From IMG/VR virus record IMGVR_UViG_3300045391_000686: DNA of 34,259 nt. One strand, given 5' to 3'. A program made the position numbers and the translations under genes. The notes beneath the pieces are model-generated. The model searched no databases, was not told the DNA's origin, and was given only the letters and a program-made list of their open reading frames with translations. The stretch comes from a virus. Numbering within the stretch: the first letter of the stretch is position 1; each line of letters starts with the position of its first letter. Below, piece after piece: positions 1-6,810 of this stretch.

Positions 1-69
1 AAACCGTTCAACTGGTGGTCGACAAATGAAGTTGGTCGCTGGTGACTACATCGAATTATACGGATGGCG
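1..69. repeat. Left copy of a 69-bp exact direct repeat shared with the window end (34191-34259). It is the assembly overlap of a circular or circularly permuted genome.
   Basis: Positions 1-69 (aaaccgttcaactggtggtcgac...ttatacggatggcg) are identical to 34191-34259. The repeat lies inside the tail-fibre ORF, and joining the ends keeps that ORF in frame. Confidence 0.95.
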
Positions 70-145
70 TAAATCAGCTGGTGCAAGCGACGCATCACAA
101 AACTTTGCCGTTTCTCTATCGGGATTCTTGGTATCTAGGACATAG
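2..145 (+). CDS. 3' end of the tail-fibre gene that starts at 33754 and continues across the circular junction (stop TAG 143-145)
   Basis: The frame carries through the repeat: ...NRSTGGRQMKLVAGDYIELYGWRKSAGASDASQNFAVSLSGFLVSRT*. On the 34,190-bp circle the product is 193 aa. Confidence 0.8.
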   Translation, partial: NRSTGGRQMKLVAGDYIELYGWRKSAGASDASQNFAVSLSGFLVSRT

Positions 146-156
146 GGGCGTTCGAC

Positions 157-444
157 ATGGATTTGAGCGCACTAGTACAAAATTTCGGCTTTCCAGTAGC
201 GGCAGCCGTTTTTTTCATCTGGATGTTTGTATCACAAGCCAAAGAACACAAGCAGGATTTGAAAGACATTGCCGTCAAATCAGTGCAAGCAATTGACGCT
301 GGAACTGAAGCCATCAAAGACAGCACCGAACAAATAAAAGTGAACAATACCCGATTGGATGAAAATTCGCACAGTCTTGGTGAAGTAAACGTGCTATTGT
401 CGCAACAAAGGAATCGAAACAATGGCATGGGAAACGGTAACTAG
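157..444 (+). CDS. BhlA/UviB-family holin-like membrane protein (95 aa)
   Basis: N-terminal TM segment followed by a charged coiled region. NFGFPVAAAVFFIWMFVSQAKEHKQDL resembles the BhlA pattern (QGPFAVLFCWLLFYVMKTSKERESKL as recalled from memory). It is the first gene of the lysis cassette. Confidence 0.55.
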   Translation: MDLSALVQNFGFPVAAAVFFIWMFVSQAKEHKQDLKDIAVKSVQAIDAGTEAIKDSTEQIKVNNTRLDENSHSLGEVNVLLSQQRNRNNGMGNGN

Positions 445-610
445 TATGTTGGCAGCGGCAACCATAATCGGTATCATATTGATAAGCGGTGGCGCTAGAA
501 TTTGGGTTCGAAAGCGATTTGATGTTTCTGAACACTTTGAAAAGATAGACGAAGCCGTGAAACGTCAACAACTAGCGAAAAGGAAATTGCACAGTGTTCA
601 ATCTAAATAA
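422..610 (+). CDS. Small single-pass membrane protein (62 aa), lysis-cassette accessory
   Basis: RBS aaaggaatcgaaaca before the ATG. TM helix SMLAAATIIGIILISGG followed by a basic tail. Overlaps both neighbours (23 and 17 nt). Confidence 0.5.
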   Translation: MAWETVTSMLAAATIIGIILISGGARIWVRKRFDVSEHFEKIDEAVKRQQLAKRKLHSVQSK

Positions 611-1397
611 AATCAAAAGAATCAAAGTCAACCATCGACAAGCTTTCGATGCAATAACTATTGCCGCCATCATTTTCGGTCTGTTGGCGCTGGTTGCGCT
701 TATCTACTACCAAGCACGACCAATGAAGCTTGCTGACATTAAAGTGCCAGTGGCAACCGACAAAGCTTCATACTACGCTGGACAGGAAATCGGCGGCATC
801 TTTTTTGGTGAAACATTCTATGACGGCAACGTGAAGATTCTTCGTGAAGTATTTTGCACCAACTACAAAGGAATTATTGACCCACCAAAAAACGGTGCTG
901 ATGGCAAATTCTTTGACACTATCACAAAACCACGCAAGCTTGAGGGCAACACCATTCCGATTGGATTTCTACCAACCGACGTGCCGACTGGTTCGAACTG
1001 TGTCATTCAATTCACAAATGTGTACAACATCCAGACACCATTCGGCGTGCGCAATGAACAATATCAATACTACACGCAAAACTTTTCAATAATCAGCAAG
1101 GAACGCCGCCAGCAACTTGACTGTGAAGCAAGCGGCAAGTCAACAAAAGAATGCACCGATGCCGATGAAACGACTGTCGACGGCAATGCAATCAACAGCA
1201 CCGACAACACATTTGGCGGCGCTTCTTCATCTGTGGGTGGTGGTGACGATAATCAAACAAATAATGAAACAACCACAAACAGCACGCCAAACAATGCCGT
1301 GCCACCATCCAGCAATGACCAGACGCCAGCCGAACCAGTTCAGCCGCCACAGCAATGCGGCGTCAATCTTCTTGGAATCAAACTATTTTGCCGATAG
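594..1397 (+). CDS. Type II membrane-anchored protein with a Ser/Thr/Asn/Pro-rich C-terminal tail (267 aa)
   Basis: GTG start 10 nt after aaaagg. Signal-anchor ITIAAIIFGLLALVALIYY, a globular middle, then low-complexity NSTDNTFGGASSSVGGGDDNQTNNETTTNSTPNNAVPPSSNDQTPAEPVQPPQQ. Confidence 0.7.
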   Translation: MFNLNKIKRIKVNHRQAFDAITIAAIIFGLLALVALIYYQARPMKLADIKVPVATDKASYYAGQEIGGIFFGETFYDGNVKILREVFCTNYKGIIDPPKNGADGKFFDTITKPRKLEGNTIPIGFLPTDVPTGSNCVIQFTNVYNIQTPFGVRNEQYQYYTQNFSIISKERRQQLDCEASGKSTKECTDADETTVDGNAINSTDNTFGGASSSVGGGDDNQTNNETTTNSTPNNAVPPSSNDQTPAEPVQPPQQCGVNLLGIKLFCR

Positions 1398-1440
1398 TGG
1401 TATCATAAGCATATGAACTAATGAAAGGAAAAATGACGAT

Positions 1441-2865
1441 ATGAGCTATCAACTACTACCGTTCAGACAATCACCAAACTACACGCCAGCTGGTCAAACA
1501 GCGGCTTTTTATGGTCGACCACGAATCATCACTGATGGTGCTGGTCACTGGTGGGATGCACCCGAAAGATTTCCGTCATTCGCTGGTGTAGTTGCCACGT
1601 TGATGAATCCAGCACGACAGGCATCAGCACAAGATGTCGTCGGTGACGGCGTTGTGCAGCCGCTAGTGCGCAAAGAAGACACTTCATGGGCAACAGGTGG
1701 TGCGAATCCATTCACATATTCAATTGAATGTGACCCACAAATCATCTACCGATGGCGTGCAGGCGGCGACAAAGCGAAAGCAAACCGCATCTTCGAAACA
1801 TTATGTGAACGCATCGCTGACGTGAACATGCACAACACACCATGGTCACCACATTGGCGCTGGATGACCACAGGATGCAACCCGATTGATTGGGCTGACG
1901 TCAACCGTCGTGCCAAGGAAATTTGGGCGCAGAAATACGGTTCACCAGTCACGCCACCACCAGCGCAAAGCGCCAACATCGTTTGGGAAAAGCTACCGAC
2001 ACCAGTTGCATACGTCACCAACAAGCAGCCGACAAAGCTTTGGAACTTCAATCAAACTGGTTGGGCTGGATTCGGCAACGGCGTTCGTGACTTCAACAAG
2101 GGTGAACAAATTGTCATCTATGGTCGTGCAATCAACAAGACGCTGAATGCGGTCTATCTGGTCACGCAGTACAGCTTCGAAAAGAAAATCACCAATGGCT
2201 TCAATGCCAACGATTTGACAGTCTACGTCGCACCAGCACCAGTGCCAGTGATACCAGAATGGCAACGCAACTTGAAAGACATCACGCCAGTGAAGCTGAT
2301 GGTTCTGACGGCACAGACGCCAGTTGTGAACTTGAACGATGGCACAGCCATCAAGCAACTTGGTCAAGGTACATGGATTGACTTCACCAAATCAACCGTC
2401 GTCGGCGGCATCGAATATCTGATTTCAAGCTATTCAGCAACCAACGCAATGGCAAACGGCGTGCGTCGTGCCGATGTCGGCGTGCCAGCTGAACCACCAG
2501 TCAATGAGAAACCAGAATGGCTGAAGAATTGGCAGGACATCACAGACGTGCCAATGTACGCAAGGGCAGACACCGACTTGGTGAATCTTGAAGACGGTTC
2601 GACCATCAAGGTGATTCCACGAGGTACGAAGCTTGATATTTCCAGCACGACAGAATGGCACGGTCACAAATATGCCATCACCGTATACAGCACCGACAAG
2701 AAGTTTGGTCAAGGTATTCGGCTTGATGACTTGGACATGAAACCAGTTGACGCCGATGGTGGCGATGTTGAACCAGCACCAACGCAGCCAACCATCGAAG
2801 AAAATGTGAACTGGTTGATGAAAGCCGTCAAAGCAATATTGGCTTTCTTAAAAATTAACGTATAG
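1441..2865 (+). CDS. Endolysin: N-acetylmuramoyl-L-alanine amidase (amidase_2/PGRP type) plus three SH3b-like wall-binding repeats
   Basis: 474 aa. The N-terminal ~170 aa are amidase_2-like (SPNYTP..., GHWWD, SAQDVV, TYSIECDPQ). A Pro-rich linker follows, then three ~80-aa repeats (KLWNFNQTG.., PVVNLNDGT.., DLVNLEDGS..) and a C-terminal amphipathic helix NWLMKAVKAILAFLKINV. Confidence 0.9.
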   Translation: MSYQLLPFRQSPNYTPAGQTAAFYGRPRIITDGAGHWWDAPERFPSFAGVVATLMNPARQASAQDVVGDGVVQPLVRKEDTSWATGGANPFTYSIECDPQIIYRWRAGGDKAKANRIFETLCERIADVNMHNTPWSPHWRWMTTGCNPIDWADVNRRAKEIWAQKYGSPVTPPPAQSANIVWEKLPTPVAYVTNKQPTKLWNFNQTGWAGFGNGVRDFNKGEQIVIYGRAINKTLNAVYLVTQYSFEKKITNGFNANDLTVYVAPAPVPVIPEWQRNLKDITPVKLMVLTAQTPVVNLNDGTAIKQLGQGTWIDFTKSTVVGGIEYLISSYSATNAMANGVRRADVGVPAEPPVNEKPEWLKNWQDITDVPMYARADTDLVNLEDGSTIKVIPRGTKLDISSTTEWHGHKYAITVYSTDKKFGQGIRLDDLDMKPVDADGGDVEPAPTQPTIEENVNWLMKAVKAILAFLKINV

Positions 2866-2880
2866 AAAGGAAACATTGAA

Positions 2881-3183
2881 ATGAATGTTGTCGAGTTTTT
2901 ACAAACAATAGTGGTATCGGGTGCGGCAGTAGTCGCAATCGTGCAGTTTCTCAAATCGAACTTCGTGCCAGCCACGGTGTTCAACAAATACCCACGTCTG
3001 ACGACGTTTGTGGCGTCTGTATTGGCGACACTGGTTGCAGTATGGCAAAAGTGCCAAGACGTCGTTGCAGGCTGTCAAACGCTTCTTCAGCAGCCACTTG
3101 ACTACGCAGCGGCAGTCGTCGGAATCTTCTTGATTGCCGTCGTGCTGTACAACAACGTATTGCGTGACAAGCCACAAAGCTGA
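2881..3183 (+). CDS. Putative holin (100 aa, about three TM segments)
   Basis: Lies immediately downstream of the endolysin with a good RBS (gaaaggaaacattgaaATG). Hydrophobic segments are IVVSGAAVVAIVQFL, TFVASVLATLVAVW and AAAVVGIFLIAVVLY, with a charged C-terminus. Confidence 0.65.
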   Translation: MNVVEFLQTIVVSGAAVVAIVQFLKSNFVPATVFNKYPRLTTFVASVLATLVAVWQKCQDVVAGCQTLLQQPLDYAAAVVGIFLIAVVLYNNVLRDKPQS

Positions 3184-3293
3184 TACACTTGAAAAGTTCA
3201 GTGGTTCACTACCCATAGACCGTGACGTTTCGCACCTGTTTCGTCGGTAGTAGCAGAATGAACATGACAGTGTGGGATTGAGTTTCAAACAAG

Positions 3294-3318
3294 AAAGCCG
3301 CCGAAAGGTGGTTTTTTT
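3294..3318 (+). terminator. Rho-independent terminator at the end of the late/lysis transcription unit
   Basis: aaagccgcc gaaa ggtggttt: a stem with two G-U pairs and a GAAA loop, followed by a T7 run (3312-3318). Confidence 0.6.
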
Positions 3319-3338
3319 GTACCTATGTTATATTCACG

Positions 3339-3383
3339 AAAGTATAGAAAAGTATTGACAAAATGGCAAGAATGCGCTATACT
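3339..3383 (+). promoter_or_regulatory. Early promoter P1: tandem decamers AAAGTATAGA/AAAGTATTGA, -35 TTGACA (3355-3360), 17-nt spacer, -10 TATACT (3378-3383)
   Basis: Consensus sigma-70/sigma-A hexamers at the ideal spacing. It is one of four near-identical cassettes. Confidence 0.7.
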
Positions 3384-3521
3384 GTATACAGAATCGAAAA
3401 CAAAACAAAAACGATTCAAACACCTCTGGTTGTGATATACGCCGCACTGAACTTTCAAAAGCATCAGTCAATAAGTCGAACAAGCAACATTTTGACAGGG
3501 GTGTTTTTTCTTTGGTCAAGA

Positions 3522-3566
3522 AAAGTACAGAAAAGTATTGACAATTGTGGCACGGTCATATACAAT
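3522..3566 (+). promoter_or_regulatory. Early promoter P2: AAAGTACAGA/AAAGTATTGA, -35 TTGACA (3538-3543), 17-nt spacer, -10 TACAAT (3561-3566)
   Basis: Same cassette as P1, P3 and P4. The -10 lies 36 nt upstream of the first early ATG (3602). Confidence 0.8.
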
Positions 3567-3601
3567 TGAAATATCAACAAAGGAAAGGCACATTTGACGA
3601 T

Positions 3602-3802
3602 ATGCAAACCAACGAAGTACGAACCACCGAAGAAACAAAAGACTATGATTGCTTTACAGGCGGCATCATCACCAAGCATTGGGTCACATACCACTACCCA
3701 CGACCAGTGACTTTGGTTCACTACACAGCCACCAAGCACAACGGCGAAACTTCAAAGAAATATACCCGAATCGGCAACGCAACCAACTGGTTGGGCAAAT
3801 AA
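3602..3802 (+). CDS. Early hypothetical protein (66 aa)
   Basis: First cistron after P2. RBS aaaggaaagg, start context TTGACGATATG. Confidence 0.65.
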   Translation: MQTNEVRTTEETKDYDCFTGGIITKHWVTYHYPRPVTLVHYTATKHNGETSKKYTRIGNATNWLGK

Positions 3803-3804
3803 TC

Positions 3805-4125
3805 ATGGCAGCCGAACCATACACGAAGTCAATCAGCTGTCCTGAACACCCACAGGACAGCCACACAGCCGTTCTGTACACATTTGGGCATCAGCACGCA
3901 GGCATTTGGGAATGTCTAGTCACAGGCGCTTCAGACAGCTGTGAACACGAATCCACGCATGTCGAAGAAGCCGTGCAAGACCATTTGGGCGTGCAAGGTC
4001 ACTACCAGACCGAACATTCAATCTACGTTTGCGACCATTGTGAATGCCAAACCGACGGCGACCCCGAAGCTGATGCAGCTGAAGACCGTGCCGACGCTGA
4101 AGCTGACAATTGGCGTGATGAATAA
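3805..4125 (+). CDS. Early Cys/His-rich protein with a strongly acidic tail (106 aa)
   Basis: CPEHPQDSH, CEHESTH and CDHCEC clusters, and a C-terminus DGDPEADAAEDRADAEADNWRDE. The start is 2 nt after the upstream stop. Confidence 0.6.
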   Translation: MAAEPYTKSISCPEHPQDSHTAVLYTFGHQHAGIWECLVTGASDSCEHESTHVEEAVQDHLGVQGHYQTEHSIYVCDHCECQTDGDPEADAAEDRADAEADNWRDE

Positions 4126-4150
4126 CAAATCAAGAAAGGGGTGAAAACCT

Positions 4151-4510
4151 ATGTCAAAAGAAATGCAAACCACTGAAGTCATCAAAGATGTCTTGCCAGT
4201 GCAGCTGACAGGCGACGAACGAATGCAATGTGCCGACGCACTTGCGAATGCGTTGCAGCGTGTCGAATCAGCCAAAGAGAAAAAGCGCCGCATCGTCAAA
4301 GACTTGGACAGGGAAATTGCCGAAGTGCAGCAAGAAGCATTGGAATTGCGCAACGCTGTCGCATCGGGCAAAGAATACCGTGAAGTGATTGTGCATCGTG
4401 TGTTCGATTATGCAAAAGCAACTGTGACCGAAAGCCGAACCGATACTGGTGACGTTCTATTCACAAGGGCAATGACAGACGAAGAAAGGCAATCAAAACT
4501 GATTGACTGA
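4151..4510 (+). CDS. Early hypothetical coiled-coil protein (119 aa)
   Basis: RBS gaaaggggtgaaaacctATG. No alternative frame is open. Confidence 0.7.
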   Translation: MSKEMQTTEVIKDVLPVQLTGDERMQCADALANALQRVESAKEKKRRIVKDLDREIAEVQQEALELRNAVASGKEYREVIVHRVFDYAKATVTESRTDTGDVLFTRAMTDEERQSKLID

Positions 4511-4512
4511 TT

Positions 4513-4860
4513 ATGAATACAAATGAAAATCAATCCACACTGTTCGATAGTTACAAGCTGACAAAGGTCGAGGGCATCAGCAAGATGCCAACCGACGCAG
4601 CGTTTCACGCATTCCACCGTGCCAACCCATGGGTCGTGAAAGAGTTGGAAAAGATAGCATGGGAAATGCTTCGCAGCGGTAGAAAGAAAATCGGCATTCA
4701 AGCTTGCATTGAAATCTTTCGTTGGGAAACACGCCGCCACACTATCAGCCACGACTTCAAAATCAACAACAATTTTGCGTCACGATACGCACGTTTGATT
4801 CATGACCGCAACCCACATTGGGGTCAAGTGTTCGAACTTCGAAACATCAAGAAAGGATGA
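4513..4860 (+). CDS. Early hypothetical protein (115 aa)
   Basis: Starts 2 nt after the upstream stop. Sequence FHAFHRANPWVVKELEKIAWEML...NNNFASRYARLI looks like a conserved phage family of unknown function. Confidence 0.65.
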   Translation: MNTNENQSTLFDSYKLTKVEGISKMPTDAAFHAFHRANPWVVKELEKIAWEMLRSGRKKIGIQACIEIFRWETRRHTISHDFKINNNFASRYARLIHDRNPHWGQVFELRNIKKG

Positions 4861-4867
4861 ATCAATC

Positions 4868-5143
4868 ATGAATCCAAATGAACCATATGCAGAATTTGTC
4901 GACCTTGGCACAAGCCGTCTGATGGTATTTGCCAACCGATTCGAACACGACGGTTCGATTTCGTGGTCTATCGGCACAACCAGCGGCGCAAACGTCGGCG
5001 TGCAGATTGGCAGCAATAGTCAAAACGCACTTGCAGAATTGAAGCAGCTGAAAAAAGCCATCGACGGCGCTGTGAAATTCCACGATAATATAAACAAACA
5101 GAACGATGCGAAAGGAAAAAACAACGATGGGGTCAAGAAATAA
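4868..5143 (+). CDS. Early hypothetical protein (91 aa)
   Basis: RBS aagaaaggatgaatcaatcATG. The internal start was chosen over the 4802 ORF-track start. Confidence 0.6.
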   Translation: MNPNEPYAEFVDLGTSRLMVFANRFEHDGSISWSIGTTSGANVGVQIGSNSQNALAELKQLKKAIDGAVKFHDNINKQNDAKGKNNDGVKK

Positions 5144-5369
5144 CACGTTCATGCAATCAATCGGCACGTTCGTGATATTCATTGCCGCATTGGGCATGGT
5201 GGGCGCATTGGCAATCGCAATGATGATTGTCGGCATCTATTGGGCATTTGAAACATTGTTTTCAGTTGGCTGGTGGTGTTCGTTGGTCATCATGTTGGCG
5301 GTTGCCGCATTGTATCTGGTCGCATTATTTGGCGGCATAAAGCTTTTGAGAAAGGGCAACAACATATGA
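5127..5369 (+). CDS. Early small membrane protein (80 aa, 2-3 TM)
   Basis: RBS gaaaggaaaaaacaacgATG. Hydrophobic FVIFIAALGMVGALAIAMMIVGIYW and WWCSLVIMLAVAALYLVALFGGI. Confidence 0.65.
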   Translation: MGSRNNTFMQSIGTFVIFIAALGMVGALAIAMMIVGIYWAFETLFSVGWWCSLVIMLAVAALYLVALFGGIKLLRKGNNI

Positions 5370-5602
5370 ATATAGAATTTGACAAAGAGTGGTACAGACC
5401 ACGAGAAATTGCGCAAAAGCGATTCATCACGAATTCGCTGGACAGTGACAAGGAATCAGCAAACTACGATTTCATACTTGAAGAAATCAAACGTGGTGAA
5501 CTGAAAGCACGGAACTATTCAAAATCAGCATATCGACCATATTGGTTGGTGTCGGCAAAAGAAATCGAAAGGTATCTGAAAAGTCATGCCGCACAAGCCT
5601 GA
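5366..5602 (+). CDS. Small helix-turn-helix DNA-binding protein (excisionase/MerR-like HTH_17 pattern, 78 aa)
   Basis: ATGA overlap with the upstream gene. The WYRPREIAQKRFIT...WLVSAKEIERYL pattern is typical of Xis-type winged HTH proteins. Confidence 0.5.
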   Translation: MNIEFDKEWYRPREIAQKRFITNSLDSDKESANYDFILEEIKRGELKARNYSKSAYRPYWLVSAKEIERYLKSHAAQA

Positions 5603-5831
5603 ACCATACGAAGTCGGTCAAACGGTTGTCATTCCAGTGGCAGCCGACTTCAACTGGTCACAGCAATTGCAGATTCAAGTCGTGATGTTTGCCGAACAGA
5701 AAGCCATCATCGAAGATTTTCATGCGCAAGGTTTGAACCCTGTTCTGTCACCAGCGTTTGAAGACGGCAAGTTGATTGGTTTCGGCATCATACCAGCTGA
5801 ACGTGCTGTGCCGCCAAAGGCGCAATCATGA
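5586..5831 (+). CDS. Early hypothetical protein (81 aa)
   Basis: RBS cgaaaggtatctgaaaagtcATG. Overlaps the upstream gene by 17 nt. Confidence 0.6.
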   Translation: MPHKPEPYEVGQTVVIPVAADFNWSQQLQIQVVMFAEQKAIIEDFHAQGLNPVLSPAFEDGKLIGFGIIPAERAVPPKAQS

Positions 5832-5986
5832 TTCGCTATACACGCCGCATCAAGAACAAGCACGGCAACCACACCACCATCAAAATATTCACCAACAGCC
5901 GCATCAAGTTTGCTTTTGCATACTGTCGTGGCTGGTACGAATTCAGCCGTGGCAATTCGTTTGAGTATAATGATATTTGGTACTAA
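5828..5986 (+). CDS. Early small basic protein (52 aa), below the ORF-track cutoff
   Basis: ATGA overlap with the 5586-5831 gene. Translation MIRYTRRIKNKHGNHTTIKIFTNSRIKFAFAYCRGWYEFSRGNSFEYNDIWY*. It fills an otherwise empty gap. Confidence 0.5.
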   Translation: MIRYTRRIKNKHGNHTTIKIFTNSRIKFAFAYCRGWYEFSRGNSFEYNDIWY

Positions 5987-6008
5987 ATAATTGAAAGGGG
6001 TGTCAACC

Positions 6009-6227
6009 ATGGCAACTGAAGAAACAAAATCAATCAAAGATTTCGAACTTGAAAAAGGTGTCATCATTCATGGTGATATAAACGTGCAAAAGAAAGTCAC
6101 GGAATCTGAATTTGAACAGATGATTCATGACGGCAGCACAGGTGTGAATTTCGAAGACCGAACGGCATATCTGAAAAGCAAGGGAATCAAAGTCACACGA
6201 CAAAGTTTGATTGATACCAGTCTATAA
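6009..6227 (+). CDS. Early hypothetical acidic protein (72 aa)
   Basis: RBS gaaaggggtgtcaaccATG. Confidence 0.6.
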   Translation: MATEETKSIKDFELEKGVIIHGDINVQKKVTESEFEQMIHDGSTGVNFEDRTAYLKSKGIKVTRQSLIDTSL

Positions 6228-6234
6228 TGACAAT

Positions 6235-6441
6235 ATGGTTGAAAGCTTTGGGCGGTATGAAACAGCGTGCAAGGGCAAGCGAAAGTTTGCCACTGAATCA
6301 GACGCAGTTCGTGCCGCCAAAGAGTTGCGAAAGCGTGTTGGTGCAAGGGTCAAACCGTACCAGTGCCAACATTGCCAGCAATGGCACAACGGTCATTTTC
6401 GCAGAATAATCAAAGCGCTTCGACCTCTGACAGTTGAATGA
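6235..6441 (+). CDS. Early small protein with a CxxC...H zinc-ribbon-like C-terminus (68 aa)
   Basis: YQCQHCQQWHNGH motif. The start is uncertain: ATG 6235 or TTG 6211. Confidence 0.5.
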   Translation: MVESFGRYETACKGKRKFATESDAVRAAKELRKRVGARVKPYQCQHCQQWHNGHFRRIIKALRPLTVE

Positions 6442-6485
6442 AAGTATAGAAAAGTATTGACAATCATGACAATCTTTGCTACACT
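6441..6485 (+). promoter_or_regulatory. Promoter P3: AAAGTATAGA/AAAGTATTGA, -35 TTGACA (6457-6462), 17-nt spacer, TGn-extended -10 tgcTACACT (6480-6485)
   Basis: Third copy of the cassette. The leader carries GAAAGG and ATGACGATATG. Confidence 0.8.
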
Positions 6486-6522
6486 GAAAAGGTCAACAAA
6501 TAAAGAAAGGTCAAATGACGAT

Positions 6523-6756
6523 ATGACAAAAAAATCAACAACACCAACAACCGATGCAGCCGCATCAAACAAAAAGACAATGCCAGCCACACTGAAGACA
6601 GTTGTGACACTGGTTGAGGTAGTAGCACGCTTCTTGGCAGCATACCTTTTATTGAACAACTTCGACCACATCGTGGCAGTTGCAGCAGGATGGTATTTCC
6701 TGATAACCGCAGCCATGGCGTTCGTCGCACTAGTTCACAAAGCATCTAAAAACTAG
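6523..6756 (+). CDS. Small membrane protein (77 aa)
   Basis: First cistron after P3. Two hydrophobic helices VVTLVEVVARFLAAYLLL and VAVAAGWYFLITAAMAFVALV. Confidence 0.65.
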   Translation: MTKKSTTPTTDAAASNKKTMPATLKTVVTLVEVVARFLAAYLLLNNFDHIVAVAAGWYFLITAAMAFVALVHKASKN

Positions 6757-6757
6757 C

Positions 6758-6788
6758 GAAGCAGCCGTCACCACGACGGCTTTGCTTC
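6758..6788 (+). other. GC-rich hairpin without a U-tract between the membrane-protein gene and the annealase gene
   Basis: Arms gaagca+gccgtc and gacggc+(tt bulge)+tgcttc around an accac loop. No T-run follows, so it is more likely a processing or stability element or a weak attenuator than a full terminator. Confidence 0.4.
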
Positions 6789-6810
6789 ATATACCGAAAG
6801 GGGTATTTTT

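Noticed and set aside
1433-1444. Three-codon upstream mini-ORF ATG ACG ATA TGA overlapping the main start, also at 6515-6526 and 26315-26326
   Set aside because: The upstream ATG is only 4 nt from GAAAGG. All other genes here use a 9-12-nt spacer, which is what the main ATG has. The mini-ORF is therefore most likely a by-product of the conserved motif plus an A after the start codon, not a translated leader peptide.
3363-3569. 68-aa + strand ORF spanning the P1-P2 region
   Set aside because: It starts inside the P1 spacer and runs through the P2 hexamers. It has no RBS, and its ATG lies upstream of the predicted P1 transcription start. The region is better explained as promoters plus leader.
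5366-5602. Excisionase, and hence a temperate lifestyle
   Set aside because: The HTH_17-like pattern is shared by many small regulators. No integrase, attP-like repeat or CI/Cro-type switch was found, so no lysogeny module is claimed.
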